A stretch of 64,000 nucleotides of DNA from Parcubacteria group bacterium Athens0714_12. Lineage in GTDB: Bacteria; Patescibacteriota; Patescibacteriia; UBA2591; VMGY01. Both the position numbers and the translations under genes were made by a program. The DNA lies in contig VMGY01000001.1 of the NCBI GenBank assembly GCA_007378955.1, positions 38,804 through 102,803 of the forward strand, in the 5' to 3' direction. This document shows, one piece after another, positions 55,174 to 64,000 of the stretch (positions within the stretch are counted from its first letter, which is position 1; every line of letters begins with the position of its first letter). The notes under the pieces were generated by a model. That model was not told where the DNA came from. It made no database searches and saw only the letters and a list, made by a program, of their open reading frames with translations.

Positions 55174-56532
55174 TTATTCTATTTTTAAGCTATTTTTCAT
55201 CATTTCAAATGTATTTTTGAAATTTAATTCTACTTTATCCCCATAATTATAAATCAGGCCATAAATTTTATCCAGCTCGCCAAAATAAATAATTTTTTGT
55301 CCTGAAGTATGGGAAATTTCTATTCCCTCATAATCAGCTACTTTTACATTTTTAATTTTTTCCAAATTCAATTTTTCTTCCGCGGTAAATTGTTCCTCGT
55401 ACCATTTTAAAGCGCTCAGCCGCCCCGGATTATCTAAAGTTAAAATCTCCATGAATTCTCCTGTCGCGGAAGTAAAAATAATATTGGCGTAAGTTTCATC
55501 CAATGTTTGGGCTATCCAGCTCGCCGGATAAAAAATGCTGTATTTAAAAATGGGATTGCTGTAAATATTAATCAAGCCGGACGTGTCAAGCTTTCCCGTT
55601 CTTGAAACAGGACTATAAAGCTTAACTACTTCTTCACCGTCTAAATAATTATCGCCGTCGCTATCCGAATTAAGGGGGTTGGTTTTATAAATTTTTTCTT
55701 CCTCGTCGGTCAAGCCGTCTTTATCCAAATCCGCGCCGGAAAACAATTCTTCGCCAGGCAATTCTATTTCGCTTTCTAAAGAAATAATGATGGCATAAGT
55801 ATAACTTTCTAATTTATCCAAAGAAACAGAAATCGTGTTATTTTGCTCGTCAATATTTCCTTCTAAAGTTTGCCATCCTTTATCGCCCCAAGAGCCTATC
55901 TTTAAATCTTTTGTTTGTTTTTCAATCTTTAAAAGTTCTTCTCCCGCGCAAGTCAAATAAAGAGTAACGGGCTTGAATAAGCTGATTAATTGCGGCTCTA
56001 AAAAATAAACCGGACCGATAATTTGAATTGTTGGGTCAAAATCTTCGTATACTTCTTTTGGGTAAGCCGTAATTTTAATATTCAAACCTTCTTCAACCGC
56101 CCCGACAGGAACAACTAATTTCGCTTTTCCAATTACCTTGCCTTTTTCATCTTTTAGTTCTTGAGCAATGACCTGCTCCGAAGCTATTTCCGGCGAGGGA
56201 TTAATGGCGGTTTCTTCTTGTTCAATATTTTGTTCAACTTTTTCAACCGGTTCTTTTTTTTCTATTTCTCCCAACCTATCCCATAACAGCTTAAAAAAGA
56301 AAATCCCGATTCCTATCGCTAAAATTATAAAAAAAGAAACTAAAATAATTAAAATTATAACTTTTTTATTTTTATTCTTCTTTTTTATCTTAGGAATAAA
56401 TTTTTCCGGCATTACATAAATCTTCTCTTCTCCCGCCGAAAGATTAGAAATGGAAGAATCAGAAAAAAAAATTTCTTCTTTATTTATTTTTTGTTCTTCG
56501 TCAAGATTTATTTTTTTTGGAGCCTCAAACAT
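55174..56532 (-). CDS. Hypothetical membrane-anchored protein with TSP3-like DxDxDG calcium-binding repeats
   Basis: Has a TM helix and the repeat region 'DLDKDGLTDEEE...NSDSDGDNYLDGEEV'. Confidence 0.4.
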   Translation of the reverse strand: MFEAPKKINLDEEQKINKEEIFFSDSSISNLSAGEEKIYVMPEKFIPKIKKKNKNKKVIILIILVSFFIILAIGIGIFFFKLLWDRLGEIEKKEPVEKVEQNIEQEETAINPSPEIASEQVIAQELKDEKGKVIGKAKLVVPVGAVEEGLNIKITAYPKEVYEDFDPTIQIIGPVYFLEPQLISLFKPVTLYLTCAGEELLKIEKQTKDLKIGSWGDKGWQTLEGNIDEQNNTISVSLDKLESYTYAIIISLESEIELPGEELFSGADLDKDGLTDEEEKIYKTNPLNSDSDGDNYLDGEEVVKLYSPVSRTGKLDTSGLINIYSNPIFKYSIFYPASWIAQTLDETYANIIFTSATGEFMEILTLDNPGRLSALKWYEEQFTAEEKLNLEKIKNVKVADYEGIEISHTSGQKIIYFGELDKIYGLIYNYGDKVELNFKNTFEMMKNSLKIE

Positions 56533-56562
56533 AATAAGTAACTTATAATTAATAACTAATTT

Positions 56563-57150
56563 TTACTTTAATTTCTCTATCTCCGCGTTTAAGTCTAATA
56601 ATTTTGCTCCTTTAGCCGGATTATTCGGGTCGTAGCCACTCCTTACTTCTTGACCGTCTAAAAAACCGTCTCCGTCCGAATCCGGATTAAGCGGGTTTAT
56701 GTTATAAACCCTTGCTTCTTCCCTATCGCTCAAACCGTCTCCGTCCGTGTCAATTTTATATATGCTGGTTCCTAATCCGATTTCTTCCTGGTCACTCAAG
56801 CCATCAGCGTCGCTGTCTTTTGAAAGAAGGGGAATTTTCACTTTTTGCTGATTTATTTTTTCTGTTTCAATTGTTGATTTTTCTTTTCTATTTTTAAATA
56901 CTTCCGACAGTTTGAGATAAGCGAGATAACTGCCGCAAACCGCGCCTGTCACGATTAAAAAACCAATCACGATGGTTATTAATTTTTTCCATATTGGCGA
57001 TTTTTCATCTTTAAAATCAAAAATATCTTTTTGTTTTTCCGCCACTGGCTTCACGCCAAACTTTTCCGTATTAGAAAAAATATCCTCTGGTTCATTTTTT
57101 TGAGGGTTGTCGGCGGAAAATGGATAGCTTTGCCTTTTTTCTTCAAACAT
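56563..57150 (-). CDS. Hypothetical membrane-anchored paralog with the same DxDxDG repeats
   Basis: 'DSDADGLSDQEE...DTDGDGLSDREE...DSDGDGFLDGQEV'. Confidence 0.4.
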   Translation of the reverse strand: MFEEKRQSYPFSADNPQKNEPEDIFSNTEKFGVKPVAEKQKDIFDFKDEKSPIWKKLITIVIGFLIVTGAVCGSYLAYLKLSEVFKNRKEKSTIETEKINQQKVKIPLLSKDSDADGLSDQEEIGLGTSIYKIDTDGDGLSDREEARVYNINPLNPDSDGDGFLDGQEVRSGYDPNNPAKGAKLLDLNAEIEKLK

Positions 57151-57228
57151 AAAATTAATTAATAATAATTATAACACTAATTATTAAAACCAACAATTTT
57201 TTTAACGGATATTTTTTAATTAAAAACA

Positions 57229-60200
57229 TTAAGGCGAACTTACGGAAATACTGCTAATTGTCGGAGAAACATCGTCGCTTTCCGAACTAAGAACTATTTC
57301 AATTTGCAGCCAACGATCTGTTTCGATGATAATATTTCTTTCTGTATAATAATCAGACCATTCTGCCGCCGCTAAACTATCTTCATTGACCGCGCTTTTA
57401 ATTCTGGTTCTGATATTGGTAAGAGGGGGTTCTTCTGTTTCCAAAACAATCTGACTTTGATGCATTCCTATTCTTTGGCTGTCAAAATTAGTCCGCCAAA
57501 TTCCCGCTCGCATTGTGATACTGCGCAAAGCATACCCAGTCATATCCGAGTATGTATAAGGATTATTACCTACTGGATATGTTCCTAAAACTACACCATC
57601 AAGTCCTCTTAATTTTGTCGCGTTCCCGCTGTTAAGATTAATCACCCAGATATTGCCGTCGCTGTCCGACGCCACGCCTATAGGATGTTCGCCTACCCCG
57701 TAACGCCCTAATAGACTTCCTTGATTATTAAGATTTACAACTGTGTTATCACCGGACATAGCCATCCAAATATTATTATTTTTATCTACTGCTATGCCTC
57801 GGCCATTTCCTTCAATACTAAAAAAAGTTCTCAAGCCAGTCACTGGATCCAATTTAGTCGCTCCAGATGGGTCATAATTAGCAATCCAAACATTATTATC
57901 CCTGTCTATCGCAATGCCATAAGGAGAAATAATATCCGTATAATTAGTTAATCTGCTGTTACTAATCTCAATTCTATCTATTTTATTAGCTCCTCTATTG
58001 GAAATCCATACATTGCCCAGGCCATCCACAACCGCGCCATAAGGCCCGCCGCCAACATTAATAGTTTCTAAAATCTGACAATTTGTATCATCGCCAGAAA
58101 GCTTCATAATTGTGCCGTTTATACCATCTTCATAATTCGCTATCCAAACATAACCCTGGTTATCAATCGCCGCGCCCTTTGGTCCATTGCCAACCGAACA
58201 AGTTTTTAATAAACCGCCGTCAGCGCCTCTTAATTTAGTTACATTGGCTGAATCGCGATTGGCAATCCAAACATCCCCGCTAATATCAACCGCGGTGCGC
58301 GAAGGATTAACGCCGACTAGATAAGCACCGACCAATGAACCGTCCTCTATATTTAATTTAACCACTCTATTATCAGAAGAATTGGCAAGCCAAATATATT
58401 CTGTTTCAATTTCCTGTAAATCCAATTGAATTTGATTGCCGTTTAAATTTACATTAACTTGTTCGCCTTCGCTAAATTCTAAAGATGAATCCCATGTCTT
58501 AGCTAAAATATCGCAATTAGCGCTGCAATATCCCGGTTGTCCATTTAAAAATCCATCGTCGCAAGTTTCATTTGGCTCTCTTATTCCATTGCCGCAAGAA
58601 CCCAAGGCCAAGCATTCCGTCCATTCGCCAAAAACGCAATTATTGCCGCAAATTCTTTTTCTTGCGCCCTGATAACCTCCTGGCGCAAGACAAGAAGCTG
58701 TTTCATCATTTCCATCGCATTCTTCTCCGCATTGGGTTACTTTATTGCCGCAAGAATTTTTCCATTCGCCCAAAACGCAATAATATCCGCTTCCATTTGG
58801 ATGGCAGGAAGAAAAAGAATAGCAATTATTTTCAAATTCACATTGGCTAAGCTCTTGGCAGGCATTGGTTGGGTATTCAGAAACATAATTCAAGGAATAA
58901 GTTTTTCCTTGATCAAAAGTAGTGTAAATATAAATATAACTCTCTTCTGGAAATTCTTCGGGCAAATTTCCATCAAACTCCTTTCTTTCCTCATTCCAGC
59001 AGGTTTTGGCATCATAGCCGGGACAAAGGCCAAATTCATTAACAGGGTCAATCGGCAAAACCGCTCCCAAATCTTTACCTAAAGTATCCTGCCAAGACTT
59101 CCAGGCAGAAACAGAAATTCCTTTAAGGTAACTGCCTGATTCTAATTTCGGGTAATAACCATAACTATTTTTATATTTTTCCAATAAATCGCTTATTTCG
59201 TTTATGTCGCCCCATCTTTTGACATTCCTTTGCAAGGCGATTTTTTCCTGTAAACTTTCTATGTTAGTGTTAAACCTTAAATTATTCAGCATTTGATTAA
59301 AAATATCTATCGTCTCTTTAGCGGCATCTTGGTTGTAAGAAATTAAATAAATATTAGTATAAGTTATTCCGCCTGCTGAGTTGGCCGCATTAACATAGAC
59401 CGTTCTTCCATCTTTCCATGCTTCATATCCATCAATAATCAAAGAAGCGGGATTTCCCGGATTTGGCGCGTTTTCTCGGTACCATGCCAAAGAATCTAAT
59501 TTTTTGGAGTTTTTCATTACTCTGATGCCAATCGCGTCTTTGCCGTTGTTTTCTTTAAATAAAAATTCTTTTACCACTTCGCCTCTGCCGAGAATAACCA
59601 CTTGGCTGTCAAAATTAGGCAGTAAGGTTTTTCCGTCTCGGCAATAAGTGGTGGAAAAATTCGTTTCATTGTCAATATAAGGAAATTCTATCAAAGAAGG
59701 CCATGGATTTTCACAAATAAACACGTCAATGCTTATTCCTCCCATACCCATACTTGATTCATTTTCAAAGCCTTGCGTTTCCGCTTGAACTTTTAAAAAA
59801 GCCCGGCCGTTTTTACTTTGCGCCGTAATAAATGGATTATTTATAGAATTAGAGGAAATATTTATTATTTCTTGAGGGTCTATTTCAGCCCAAATATAAG
59901 AAACGGAAAGTAAATTACCACTGCTGTCTAAAGCTTGAGCAATATAACGGTGCTGATTTCCAGGCATCGCGTTTTGGTCATTAGGGCAATCATTCCTACC
60001 CGCGCATTCAAATAAATCTTTTTCTTTTACTTCTCCCGGCGGTTCCACCATAATTTCCACTTTATCAATCTGGCAAATAGTGTTTCCCGTGGTAAAATTC
60101 CAATTATAGTCGCTGTTCATACTTATGCCTTGCCGGCTTTTCACCCCGTCTAATCCTCCTCTAATGGAAACCTGATGCGCGGAATTTTCCGCCAATAAAT

Positions 60201-61929
60201 TTTTTGGCGAAAAAGTCAAAATCGTCCGGTCAACTATCCTGTCATTATTAGAATCTATGCTATAACCGGAAACACCACCCTCAATTATTTGTTCGTTTGA
60301 AGTTAAAAAAACATTGTTTTTAAAACTCCCGACATCCATTAATTGGTCAAAGGAAGCTGAAATTAAAATATTGCGGCAAACATTGGAAGCATTGGCGGGC
60401 GGCGCGGTGCTACCAACAGAAGGGATAACCACAGAAGCGCATTGTTCCTGCCTGGCGCACCTGTCACTTCTACAGCAAGCGCTGGCGCATTCATTATTCC
60501 AAACACAAGCATCGCCTTCATCTCCGCCGTCAGAGCCGCACCGATTGGCCGAAGCGCACACATCATTACTGCAACAATTGGAAACGCAATCGCTATGGTA
60601 AACGCAATAACTTCCTATTTGGTCATTGGTTTTAAATTCCCAAATAAAAGAAGATGTTAAAGGATTATTGCAAAGGTCTGTTATATTATTCAAAGTGATT
60701 CTATACCAAGTCAAAGAATCAAAAAGGTAATTATTATTTAAAATCAAATAAAATCCTTTTTCTTTGATCTCAATTTCAAAATTGCTATTATTTAAAGTTT
60801 CCAATATCTGCCCTTCTTGAACGCTAATTCTCTGAATAATAATATTATTAGCTATTGGCATAAACGAATTTTCTTCAATCACTGTGCTGGCATCTATCGC
60901 TTCGGAAAAATTAACACTGATTATCGGGGAACGGAAAACATTTTCATCGGGATAATCTTCAGATGATCTGTTGGAAATCGGATAAGTGGAAGTAATCCTC
61001 GGGGATTCGGAATCACTCTCCTCGCCGCTGGTGAAATTCCAAATAAATGACGTTTCAGTCTCTTGGCAGCCGCCGCTTGCCACGCAGGCTCTTAAAAATT
61101 TTGGCGGATTTTGGGTATTGGAAATGGTTTTAGGAAAAATAGCTTGGTATTCCGCATTGCTTTCAAAAATTGACGGGTGTTTAAAAATAACCGTGTTGCC
61201 CGCAGTTTGCCAACTTCCTTCCAGATTGGAATTATTTAACCTTCTGATAATATTTAAGGTTCCCGAAGATTCAGCGCTTTCAACGCTTCCCCTCTCAACC
61301 CAATTATTAAATCTGGTTTGAATATTGCTGCATAAATAAACATTTTGGTGATAACCGCCCGGCTGGGCATAAGTTGTTTCTATTCCTCTTATTTGAAATC
61401 TGTCGCCGGGAAAAATATCGCCTCCTCCGCCTCCCCCGCCGCCTCCCCCGCCATTAACGGCAGATTCCAATTGCCCGATAACAAAACTGGCGATGGCGTA
61501 AGAAAGAAAAATAATAATCAAGCCGATTATCGCGTTGACGATAATCATTTTGGCCTTCTTTATGCTCTCCGCGCTTCCGCCAGCAGTCATCCAAATAAAG
61601 CCGCCATAAATTATAAATCCTACCGCGATTATTCCCAAAAATGATAAAAATATTCTAATGGCATTATTTACAATATCAATCAATTCAGCTTTTCCTAACC
61701 CCATATTAATATTCTCAAAACCATAGCTTCCTTGGGCAAAAACAGGTTCTATTTTCACTAAATTTGCGACAAATAAGAAAAAAATAAAAAAAGCTGCCAC
61801 GACTAAAATAGTCGGGCAGCTTAAAATAAAAATTTTATAAATTTTATTTCCTCCTGAAATCATAAAAAATGTAGAAATTCCCGTGCTAAATCGCGTAGCA
61901 CTCCTTGGGGAGTACCGCAACCTTGGCAA
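57229..61929 (-). CDS. Giant (1566 aa) surface protein: VirB2/TrbC-pilin-like N-terminus, Gly10 tract, Cys-rich modules, and a C-terminal beta-propeller repeat region
   Basis: N-terminal pattern 'VFAQG...AIRIFLSFLGIIAVGFIIYGGFIWMTAGGS...KKAKMIIVNAIIGLIIIFLSYAIASFV'. C-terminal blades include 'GDVWIANRDSANVTKL', 'GYVWIANYEDG', 'GNVWISNRGANKI', 'NNVWIANYDPSGATKL' and 'GNIWVINLNSGNATKL'. An alternative start lies at about 61863 (MISGG). Confidence 0.6.
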   Translation of the reverse strand: MPRLRYSPRSATRFSTGISTFFMISGGNKIYKIFILSCPTILVVAAFFIFFLFVANLVKIEPVFAQGSYGFENINMGLGKAELIDIVNNAIRIFLSFLGIIAVGFIIYGGFIWMTAGGSAESIKKAKMIIVNAIIGLIIIFLSYAIASFVIGQLESAVNGGGGGGGGGGGDIFPGDRFQIRGIETTYAQPGGYHQNVYLCSNIQTRFNNWVERGSVESAESSGTLNIIRRLNNSNLEGSWQTAGNTVIFKHPSIFESNAEYQAIFPKTISNTQNPPKFLRACVASGGCQETETSFIWNFTSGEESDSESPRITSTYPISNRSSEDYPDENVFRSPIISVNFSEAIDASTVIEENSFMPIANNIIIQRISVQEGQILETLNNSNFEIEIKEKGFYLILNNNYLFDSLTWYRITLNNITDLCNNPLTSSFIWEFKTNDQIGSYCVYHSDCVSNCCSNDVCASANRCGSDGGDEGDACVWNNECASACCRSDRCARQEQCASVVIPSVGSTAPPANASNVCRNILISASFDQLMDVGSFKNNVFLTSNEQIIEGGVSGYSIDSNNDRIVDRTILTFSPKNLLAENSAHQVSIRGGLDGVKSRQGISMNSDYNWNFTTGNTICQIDKVEIMVEPPGEVKEKDLFECAGRNDCPNDQNAMPGNQHRYIAQALDSSGNLLSVSYIWAEIDPQEIINISSNSINNPFITAQSKNGRAFLKVQAETQGFENESSMGMGGISIDVFICENPWPSLIEFPYIDNETNFSTTYCRDGKTLLPNFDSQVVILGRGEVVKEFLFKENNGKDAIGIRVMKNSKKLDSLAWYRENAPNPGNPASLIIDGYEAWKDGRTVYVNAANSAGGITYTNIYLISYNQDAAKETIDIFNQMLNNLRFNTNIESLQEKIALQRNVKRWGDINEISDLLEKYKNSYGYYPKLESGSYLKGISVSAWKSWQDTLGKDLGAVLPIDPVNEFGLCPGYDAKTCWNEERKEFDGNLPEEFPEESYIYIYTTFDQGKTYSLNYVSEYPTNACQELSQCEFENNCYSFSSCHPNGSGYYCVLGEWKNSCGNKVTQCGEECDGNDETASCLAPGGYQGARKRICGNNCVFGEWTECLALGSCGNGIREPNETCDDGFLNGQPGYCSANCDILAKTWDSSLEFSEGEQVNVNLNGNQIQLDLQEIETEYIWLANSSDNRVVKLNIEDGSLVGAYLVGVNPSRTAVDISGDVWIANRDSANVTKLRGADGGLLKTCSVGNGPKGAAIDNQGYVWIANYEDGINGTIMKLSGDDTNCQILETINVGGGPYGAVVDGLGNVWISNRGANKIDRIEISNSRLTNYTDIISPYGIAIDRDNNVWIANYDPSGATKLDPVTGLRTFFSIEGNGRGIAVDKNNNIWMAMSGDNTVVNLNNQGSLLGRYGVGEHPIGVASDSDGNIWVINLNSGNATKLRGLDGVVLGTYPVGNNPYTYSDMTGYALRSITMRAGIWRTNFDSQRIGMHQSQIVLETEEPPLTNIRTRIKSAVNEDSLAAAEWSDYYTERNIIIETDRWLQIEIVLSSESDDVSPTISSISVSSP

Positions 61930-61956
61930 AATTATTATAAATATTTCACAAAAATT

Positions 61957-62238
61957 TTAGCGGATTATTTTTTTTCGCCCGTATTTTTCTTTGATGTCAG
62001 GCAATTTTCCAATTTTTCTCAAATATTCTCTTTTTTCTTGCACGCCCTTTTTTCTTAGGGCTTCTTCTCTTACTTCTCTTTTGCTTTTATCCTTTTGGCG
62101 AAATTGTCTTTCCTTTGCCCTAATTAAAATTCTGCCTCTTTGCAATCCTTGTTTAAATCGCCTTAATAAATTTTCACTTGATTCGTTTTGCCTTCTTTTG
62201 ACTTCAAACACCTTCTCCACCTCCTTCTTTTGGCGCAA
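61957..62238 (-). CDS. rpsU: 30S ribosomal protein S21 with an extended basic tail
   Basis: 'NESSENLLRRFKQGLQRGRIL...ERQFRQK' matches the S21 core 'ALRRFKR...AGVL...REFY'. Confidence 0.55.
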   Translation of the reverse strand: MRQKKEVEKVFEVKRRQNESSENLLRRFKQGLQRGRILIRAKERQFRQKDKSKREVREEALRKKGVQEKREYLRKIGKLPDIKEKYGRKKIIR

Positions 62239-62472
62239 ACCCCTCGCCGCAAAACCTTGCGCTTAAACACGGAAACAAACCGAAAAAAACCAGAAAAACA
62301 TAATCCAAAGCCACTGGTCTTGATCTATAGCGAGGCGTAAATAAATTATTATTAAATTTATAAAACATATATTTTTATAATAACAAAATTTTAAAAAAAT
62401 AACAAGCTGCGATTACGCGATTTAGAATTAGTAATATTATTTTTTTAAAAACTGGTTTGTAGGCGCGCGAAC

Positions 62473-63846
62473 TTATGCCGCGCCATTAGACATGCCCAAC
62501 CTTTTTTTTACTTCCTTGACAATTTTTTTTAAATCCACCACTTCCTGAACGCCGTTTTCCATATCCCTGATAATCACGGTTTCGTTCAATATTTCCTCCT
62601 GGCCCAAAATTAAAGTGAATTTAACTCCTAATTTATCAGCCATTTCCAATTGCCCCCTTAATCCTTCTTTAGATAAACTCTCGCTCATTAAAACCCCTTC
62701 TTTTCTTAAGTCTTCAAATATTTTTAGGCATTTTTTTCTTGCTTCTTCTCCTAATTGGGCAATAAAAATTTGCGGCTTAATCTCTTCAAAAACTATCTCT
62801 TTTTCTTTTAGCTTGGAAATAATTCTTTCTATGCCAAAAGCCACGCCGCTGGCAGCCGTTTCCCTTCCGCCCAACATTTTTACCAAATAATCATATCTGC
62901 CCCCGCCGCCTAAAGCTAATTGACCGCTACTCTCTTTTTCTTCCGCGGATTTTGGAAAAATTTCAAAAATAGTTCTACAATAATAATCTAATCCTCTTAC
63001 AAGTCTGGAATTTAAAACATAAGGAACTTCCACTTCATCTAAATATTCTAAAACTTTAATAAAATGATTTTTACAAGAATCGCATAAATAATCCACGATT
63101 TGCGGCACTTTAAAAGTGACTTCGTGGCATTTTTCTTCTTTGCAATCCAAAACCCGAAGAGGATTTTTTAAATATCTTGATTGGCAGCTGGAGCAAAGAA
63201 AATTCTTTTTCGGTTTTAAATAATTTAATAAAACTTTTTTATAGCGCTCGCGGCAAGTATTGCACCCCAAACTGTTAATATTAATTTCTGTTTCCAAGCC
63301 GATTTCTTTATAAAAAACATAAGAAAATAAAATAATTTGGGCGTCAATCACTGGCAGGGCGTTGCCTAAAACTTCCAGGCCAAACTGGTAAAATTGCCTC
63401 TGTCGGCCGGATTGGGGCCTATTATATCTAAAAAACGGGCCGTAATAATATAATTTTACGGGCTGGGGCAAATTAAACATTCCGTGCTCTATATAAGCTC
63501 GGGCAACGCTTGCTGTCGCTTCAGGCCTAAGAGAAACCTTTTCGCCGCCTTGGTCAATAAAAGAAAACATTTCTTTTTCCACGATGTCAGTTTCCATGCC
63601 CACGCCCCTTTTAAACAAAGAAGTCTCCTCGATGATCGGAGTTTCAATTTTCTTGAAGCCATTATCCTTAGCCAATTTTATAGCCTTATCTAAAATCAAG
63701 TCCCAATATTTCTGGTCTTCCGGCAAAATATCTTTCATTCCTCTTAATAATTGAGGAATTTTAAGAACTTCTCTTTTACTTTTTTTTGCTTTTTGGCGAA
63801 TTATTTTTTTGAGCTTTGATTTTTTATCTTTGGTTTTTTTGGGCAT
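62473..63846 (-). CDS. hisS: Histidyl-tRNA synthetase with a ~30-aa Lys-rich N-terminal extension
   Basis: Class II motifs and the HisRS signatures 'FRYNRPQSGRQRQFYQFGLE' and 'GGGRYDYL'. The N-terminal extension reads 'MPKKTKDKKSKLKKIIRQKAKKSKRE'. Confidence 0.9.
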   Translation of the reverse strand: MPKKTKDKKSKLKKIIRQKAKKSKREVLKIPQLLRGMKDILPEDQKYWDLILDKAIKLAKDNGFKKIETPIIEETSLFKRGVGMETDIVEKEMFSFIDQGGEKVSLRPEATASVARAYIEHGMFNLPQPVKLYYYGPFFRYNRPQSGRQRQFYQFGLEVLGNALPVIDAQIILFSYVFYKEIGLETEININSLGCNTCRERYKKVLLNYLKPKKNFLCSSCQSRYLKNPLRVLDCKEEKCHEVTFKVPQIVDYLCDSCKNHFIKVLEYLDEVEVPYVLNSRLVRGLDYYCRTIFEIFPKSAEEKESSGQLALGGGGRYDYLVKMLGGRETAASGVAFGIERIISKLKEKEIVFEEIKPQIFIAQLGEEARKKCLKIFEDLRKEGVLMSESLSKEGLRGQLEMADKLGVKFTLILGQEEILNETVIIRDMENGVQEVVDLKKIVKEVKKRLGMSNGAA

Positions 63847-63899
63847 ATAAAATAAATTGTTTTTATTATTATGACTATTGCTAAAATTAATATAATAAT

Positions 63900-64000
63900 T
63901 TAAAAATCATAGTTTGGCGCGCCAAAATAAGTCGCTCTATTAATCGGCCAGCCGCGCACCAAAGCCTTGCCGATAATAAATTCTTTCTTGACCGGCCCGA
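63900..64000 (-). CDS. 3' end of an unidentified minus-strand CDS; the rest lies beyond the window
   Basis: The frame is open to the window edge and reads '...KEFIIGKALVRGWPINRATYFGAPNYDF*' with a stop at 63900-63902. It is too short for the ORF track. Confidence 0.25.
   Translation of the reverse strand, partial: GPVKKEFIIGKALVRGWPINRATYFGAPNYDF

Overview
This is an AT-rich, gene-dense bacterial window with tight and often overlapping gene junctions. UGA is used as a stop codon throughout. The gene content points to a small-genome CPR/Patescibacteria-like organism: a type IV pilus-like cluster with an embedded two-component pair, gap, tsf, rpsB, rpmE, an N-terminally short RF1, dnaE, thrS, dnaX, gatB, miaA/miaB, nrdDG, ftsAZ, ybeY, hisS, and a prfB whose programmed +1 frameshift the ORF track misses. 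One tRNA-Gln(CUG) lies on the minus strand; there are no rRNAs and no CRISPR arrays.

The best candidate for a new system is a compact cassette at about 27.7-30.5 kb. It encodes a complete LexA repressor (wHTH plus S24 autopeptidase) fused in one ORF to a beta-class DPPY DNA methyltransferase, followed by a MutH/Sau3AI-like endonuclease. Its promoter carries a perfect DnaA-box 9-mer, and the cassette sits between a TIR-bearing MITE-like element and the 3' end of tRNA-Gln.

Next to it are a Pif1/RecD-like helicase and a Cas4-like PD-(D/E)XK nuclease.

Other items worth a second look are:
- two giant surface proteins, one with ephrin-receptor-like Cys repeats and a recent internal duplication, the other with a VirB2/TrbC-like N-terminus plus beta-propeller blades;
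- a conjugation-type AAA_10/VirB4-like ATPase apparently co-transcribed with a GGDEF cyclase and dnaX;
- perfect DnaA-box 9-mers flanking an accessory-gene promoter;
- several dispersed intergenic repeat families and IR-flanked mini-elements;
- a heptanucleotide STR inside nrdG.
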